NCBI GenBank assembly: GCA_038087875.1 | Contig: JAXLNO010000350.1 | Coordinates: 186,001-250,000, forward strand | DNA length: 64,000 nucleotides | Direction of reading: 5' to 3' | DNA from: Malacoraja senta | Lineage: Eukaryota | In this document: positions 59,259 to 64,000 of the stretch, piece by piece | Position numbering within the stretch: the stretch's first letter is position 1 | How the letters are laid out: the number at the start of each line of letters is the position of its first letter | Translations under genes and position numbers: made by a program | Notes under the pieces: generated by a model | What the model was told of the DNA's origin: nothing | The model's database searches: none | Seen by the model: the letters and a program-made list of their open reading frames with translations, nothing else

Positions 59259-61655
59259 CAGGGCTCGAAATTAACGGTTGCCCGGGTGCCAATGGCAACT
59301 TACAGTCCCGCCGGGCAATCTAAAAGCCATGCCATTTTTCCCGGCTTGGCAAGCAACCGGGACATCCGTGTCCGGGTCTCGGTGCTTGCTCTCCGCTCAG
59401 CGCTAGACTCTCGGCTCTCCGCTCAGCGCTAGACTCTCGGGTCTCCGCTCAGCGCTAGGGTCTCGGGTCTCCGCTCGGCTCTCGGGTCTCCGCTCGGCTC
59501 TCGGGTCTCGGGTCTCCGCTCGGCACGGCCGGCCGCCGAGCACATCATCTGCCGTGGTTGTGCGCCTGTGCTCGCCCTGCACATGCGCACTGCCACGGCA
59601 ACTGGTCGGCGTCGGCCACTTTCTCCCTCCCTTTGCATTGTGGGAGTTCTGGCCGCCATTGCTGCCTCACCTGGAGTAACTCTTGCTTCTTGGTTTCCAG
59701 GTCCTCCAAAAATATTCGAAATGGAATTTAAACTGGTGGACCCACCACCACCAAATTCCAAACTAAAAAATAACAGCCTATTGCATTTTATCTGTTTATT
59801 TCTTGTGTATGTATATGGTCTATAGTATATAGACACACTGAAGGTTTATCTCCTGTTCTGTATTATGTTTACATATTCTGTTGTGCTGCAGCAAGCAAGA
59901 ATTTCATTGTCCTATCTGGGACACATAACAATAAAACTCTCTTGACTTGGACTTAAGCAAAAAAGGGTTCTTGGGGGGGAAAAAAACTACCTTAAATTTA
60001 GTTGCGTCTGGTTGGTACCTATGGTAGGGTGAAGACTATTCCATCCTTTAATTGTGCGGGGGAACTCCATGGAGCAGCCAGCATCTCTGGATAGAAAAAA
60101 TTGGGTGACGTTTCAGGTAGAAACCCTTCTTTACATTTCCTCTGGTTTTAGTGTTTTTAGTTTAATTTAAAGATACAGTGTGGAAACAGGCCCTTCGGCC
60201 CACGCCGACCACCGATCACCCGTACTCTAGTTCTATCCCACACATCAGCAACGTAAGTCAAGAGTGTTTTATTCTCTCACGTCCCAGTTAGAACAATGAA
60301 ATCCTTACTTGCAGCAGCACAACAGAATATGTAAACATAGTACTTTGTAAGCAATGTTATAAATGAGAAAACAAAACTCCATACAGACAGCACCCATATT
60401 CAAGATCAATTCTGGGTCTCTGGCAATTTTAGGCAGCAAATTTATGGCCAATGTACTGCCCCAATAGCCTTGAACTGAATTAAAACATACAGTAGCTGTA
60501 AAGGGGGACATAGCGTCACTTAGAGATTTAAGATTGAAAATGGATAGTTTCTTTTTTTTTAGTAACAAAAGTTATCAACGTATAATTTTTTGTGTGTTGG
60601 AAAATAAAATATAGTGGCACAGCTGGTGGACTTGCTGCCTCACACGCCAGAGATCTGTGTTCGATCCTGTTCTCGGGCACTGTCTGTGTTGAATTTGCAC
60701 ATTCTCCCTGCAAGCATGTGGGTTTCCTCCCACATCCCAAAGACGCATTGACTTTGTAGGTTAACTTGTCTCTGTAAAATTGCCCCTAATGTGCAGGGAG
60801 TGGGTGAGGAAAGTGGGATAACAGAACTTGTGTGAATGGGTAGACAAAAATGCTGGAAAAACTCAGCAGGTGAGGCAGCATCTATGGAGCAAAGGAAATA
60901 GGCGATGTTTCGGGTCGAGACCCTTGTTCAGACTGATGTCGGGAGGGGTAGGGGGCGGGAAAATGAAAGGAAGAGGCGGAGACAGTAGGCTGTGGGAAAG
61001 CTGGGAATGGGAGGGGAGGGAGGGAGAAAGCAAGGACGACCTGAAATTGGAGAAGCCAATGTTCATACCGCTGGGGTGTAAACTACCCAAGCAAAATATG
61101 AGGTGCTGTTCATCCAATTTGTGGTGGGCCTCACTCTGGCCATGGAGGAGGCCCAGGACAGAAAGGTCGGATTCGGAATGGGAGGGGGAGTTGAAGTGCT
61201 GAGCCACCGGGAGATCAGGTTGGTTATTGCGAACTGAGTGGAGGTGCTGTGCGAAGTGATCGCCAAGCCTGCGCTTGGTCTCACCGAGGTTGATCATACG
61301 CTGAATAACCATATTTTTGTTTGGAAGTGGAAAGAGATAATAGAAATTGCATTCATTGCAACATGTAAAAAGAGATGAGATACTGTATTGTAATTTTGCT
61401 GCATGTCATTGTGGTATATATCATGTCTTGATTGGTGAATATGTTTAGTTTGTGACTTTATTTGAAGCAGAAATAATATGTGAATGCTTCATTGACCATA
61501 ATTCCGACTGGTAACTACGCACTTCGTCCGAGCACATTATCGCACGCATCATGCAAGCCGTCTTCAATGACCACCTAAACTGTCATTAGGCAACCTAAAA
61601 AGCTGCCGAGGTTGCCCGGCTGGCAACAGGGAAAGAATGTTAAGCGAGAGCCCTG
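59259..61655 (-). mobile_element. Inverted 5-bp-TSD hAT-like composite element; unit C only
   Basis: TIR CAGGGCTCGAAATTAAC / GTTAAGCGAGAGCCCTG; TSD CTACA; internal cargo is the reverse complement of parts of 48155-52872. Confidence 0.8.
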
Positions 61656-62054
61656 CTACATGATTCAATATGCTAAAAGAAAAAATATATATAGAAAGGA
61701 CTATGACAAAATTAAAATTCCATTGAATTAAATAAAAATTATAAATTAATTATTCCAAAATTTATAAACTAAGGCCACAGGTATGAGCTAAATGGCAAAA
61801 AAAAAATCCCAAGTGCAATAGAAGTTAAAAGTAAATGCACAGGTAGTCAAGTTTGTTACAAAAGTTCATACCTAAAATTTATTAATAACGTCCTTAGGAA
61901 CAGAATTGCTTCTGCCAGATCCTCTTTCCTTGAAGCCCTTAAATCTGATTCATTTATTTTCAGTGCAGAGAACAGTCTCTCCACACGGACCTGAGTGGGT
62001 GGTATGGCTGTTACTATCAAAGCTGCAAACGTTACTATTTCTGGATAAGTAGGG

Positions 62055-63136
62055 ATGATGGGGAATTATAGACCAGTTATCCTGACATCTGTGATGGGGA
62101 AGATGCTGGAGTCAATTATTAAAGAAGTAATAATGGCTAATTTGGATAGCAATAAAAGGATTGGTCCAAGTCAGCATGGATTTATGAAGGGACAAGGAAA
62201 ATGGATGAAGGAGAGCCAGTGGATGTAGTGTATCTGGACTTTCAGAAAGCCTTTGATAAGGCCCCATATAGGAGATTAGTGGGCAAAATTAGAGCACATG
62301 GTATTGGAGGTAGGGTATTGACATGGATTGAGAAATGGTTGGCAGACAGGAAACAAAGAGTAGGAATAAACGGGTCCCTGTCAGAATGGCAGGCAGTGGT
62401 GAGTGGAGTGCCGCAAGGCTCGGTGCTGGGGCCACAACTATTTACAATATATATTAATGATTTAGATGATGGAATTGAAAGTAACACTAGCAAATTTGCA
62501 GATGACACAAAGCTAGGTGGCAGTGGGAACTGCGAAGAGGATGCTAGGAGGTTGCAGGGTAACTTGGACGGGTTACGTGAGTGGGCAGATGCATGGAGAT
62601 GTAGTATCATGTAAATCAACGTGAGGTTATCCACTTTGGCGGCAAGAACAACGAGGCAGATTCTTATCTCAATGGTGTCAGATTAGGAAAAAGGGAAGTG
62701 CAACGAGACCTGGGTGTTCTTGTACACCAGTCACTGAAAGTAGACATGCAGGTACAGCAGACAGTGAAGAAAGCTAATGGCATGTTGGCCTTCATAACGA
62801 GAGGATTTGAGTATAGGAGGTTCTTCTGCAGTTGTACAGGCCCCTGGTGAGACCACATCTGGAGTATTGCGTGCAGTTTTAGTCTCCTAATTTGAGGAAG
62901 GACATTCTTGCTATTGAGGCAGTGCAGCGTAGGTTCACGAGGTTAATCCTAGGGATGGCGGGACTGTCATATGTGGAAAGAGTGGGCTTGTATTCACTAG
63001 AGGTTATGATGAAAGGGTGATCTTATGGAAACACATTAAATTATAAAAGGACTGGACAAGCTGGATGCAGGAAAAATGTTCCCAATGTTTGTGAAGTTGG
63101 GAACCAGGGGCCACTATCATTAATATAAAGGGGAGG
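62055..63136 (+). mobile_element. CR1 RT fragment, unit C
   Basis: ORF 62201..62614: YLDFQKAFD, SGVPQGSVLGP, FADDTKLG. Confidence 0.9.
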
Positions 63137-64000
63137 CAGGGCTCTCACTTAACTTTTTTTCTCTGTTGCCAGCCGGGCAACCTTGACAGCTTTTTATGTT
63201 GCCAAATGACAGTTTAGGTGGCCATTTAAGACGGTTTGCATGACGCGTGCGATAATCTGCTCGGACAAAGTGTGTAGTTACCAGTCGGAATTATGCTCAA
63301 TGAAGCATTCACATATTATGTTCAAGAAGGAACTGCAGATGCTGGAAAATCGAAGGTAGACAAAAGTGCTGGAGAAACTCAGCGGGTGCAGCAGCATCTA
63401 TGGAGCGAAGGAAATAGGCAACATTTCAGGCCGAAACCCATCAGTCTGAAGAAGGGTTTTAGCCCGATAAGTTGCCTATTTCCTTCGCCCCATAGATGCT
63501 GCCGCATCCGCTGAGTTTCTCTAGCACTTTTGCCTACATTCACATATTATTTCTGCTTCAAATAACTCACAAACTAAACATATTCACCAATCAAGACATG
63601 ATATATACCACAATGACGCAGCAAAATTATAATACAATATCTCAACTCTTTTTACACATTGCAATTAATGCAATTTCTATTAGTTCTTTCCACTTCCAAA
63701 CAAAAATGTGGTTGGATTATTCAGCATATGATCAACCTGTGTCAATAAATCCTGGACCATGGTAACATATATGCTTAACCATGCACACTACAGATTGATG
63801 CAAGCATGTTCTCTGTGAAAGACCGAAAATTATCATGACATGGCCTTAGCAAGGGTCGTTATTGCTATTGGTACAGAAACACTCTCGCTTCCCACATAAT
63901 TTATCCATAACAAAATATACAGGTTGCAAGGAAATTTCTAAAGGCATTTTATGATGATAGCTGTTAAAACCGACTACACCCATCTGTCAGGTTAAACATT

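Larger units (their letters stand above)
19190..64000 (+). repeat. Tandem segmental duplication of a ZNF gene cassette (A ~19190-30618, B ~31061-57270, C 57271 to end)
   Basis: Colinear near-identical blocks: 20279-30618 with 42079-54036; 31061 with 57271 (offset 26210); 36493 with 63293 (offset 26800); paired ORFs in the ORF track. Confidence 0.92.

Overview
Eukaryotic, repeat-dense vertebrate DNA. It is most likely from a cartilaginous fish (skate/ray-like); this is inferred from HER1-type CR1 LINEs and HE1-type SINEs, not established. Bases 1-19.2 kb are a nest of decayed transposons: CR1, L1, an older LINE RT fragment, Penelope-like GIY-YIG elements, a Gypsy 3' end, a Helitron, hAT-like DNA and GC-rich non-autonomous elements. 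From ~19.2 kb the window is a tandem segmental duplication: unit A ~19.2-30.6 kb, a 200-N gap, unit B ~31.06-57.27 kb, and unit C from 57.27 kb to the window end. Each unit has a YY1/CCAAT CpG promoter with a short exon 1. Units A and B also show a TE-filled intron containing an ERV 5' LTR with PBS-Ser and a gag stub, a single-exon C2H2 zinc-finger array with no recognisable KRAB domain (11 finger repeats in A; 17 before a frameshift in B), and a downstream BEL/Pao LTR retrotransposon. Main observations: (1) a P-superfamily MITE with 8-bp TSDs plus TIR-only remnants that look like P-transposase excision footprints; (2) a 5-bp-TSD CAG-ended hAT-like element that appears to have moved nested retroelement cargo; (3) a modular GC-rich non-autonomous family with a covarying stem-loop and swapped LINE tails; (4) three inserts flanked by long direct duplications; (5) minimal hammerhead-ribozyme cores in Penelope ends; (6) a 201-bp non-repeat exon-like block identical in units B and C. 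No prokaryotic features, rRNA, tRNA genes or CRISPR arrays were seen. Most boundaries were read by eye and are approximate unless a TSD or TIR defines them.
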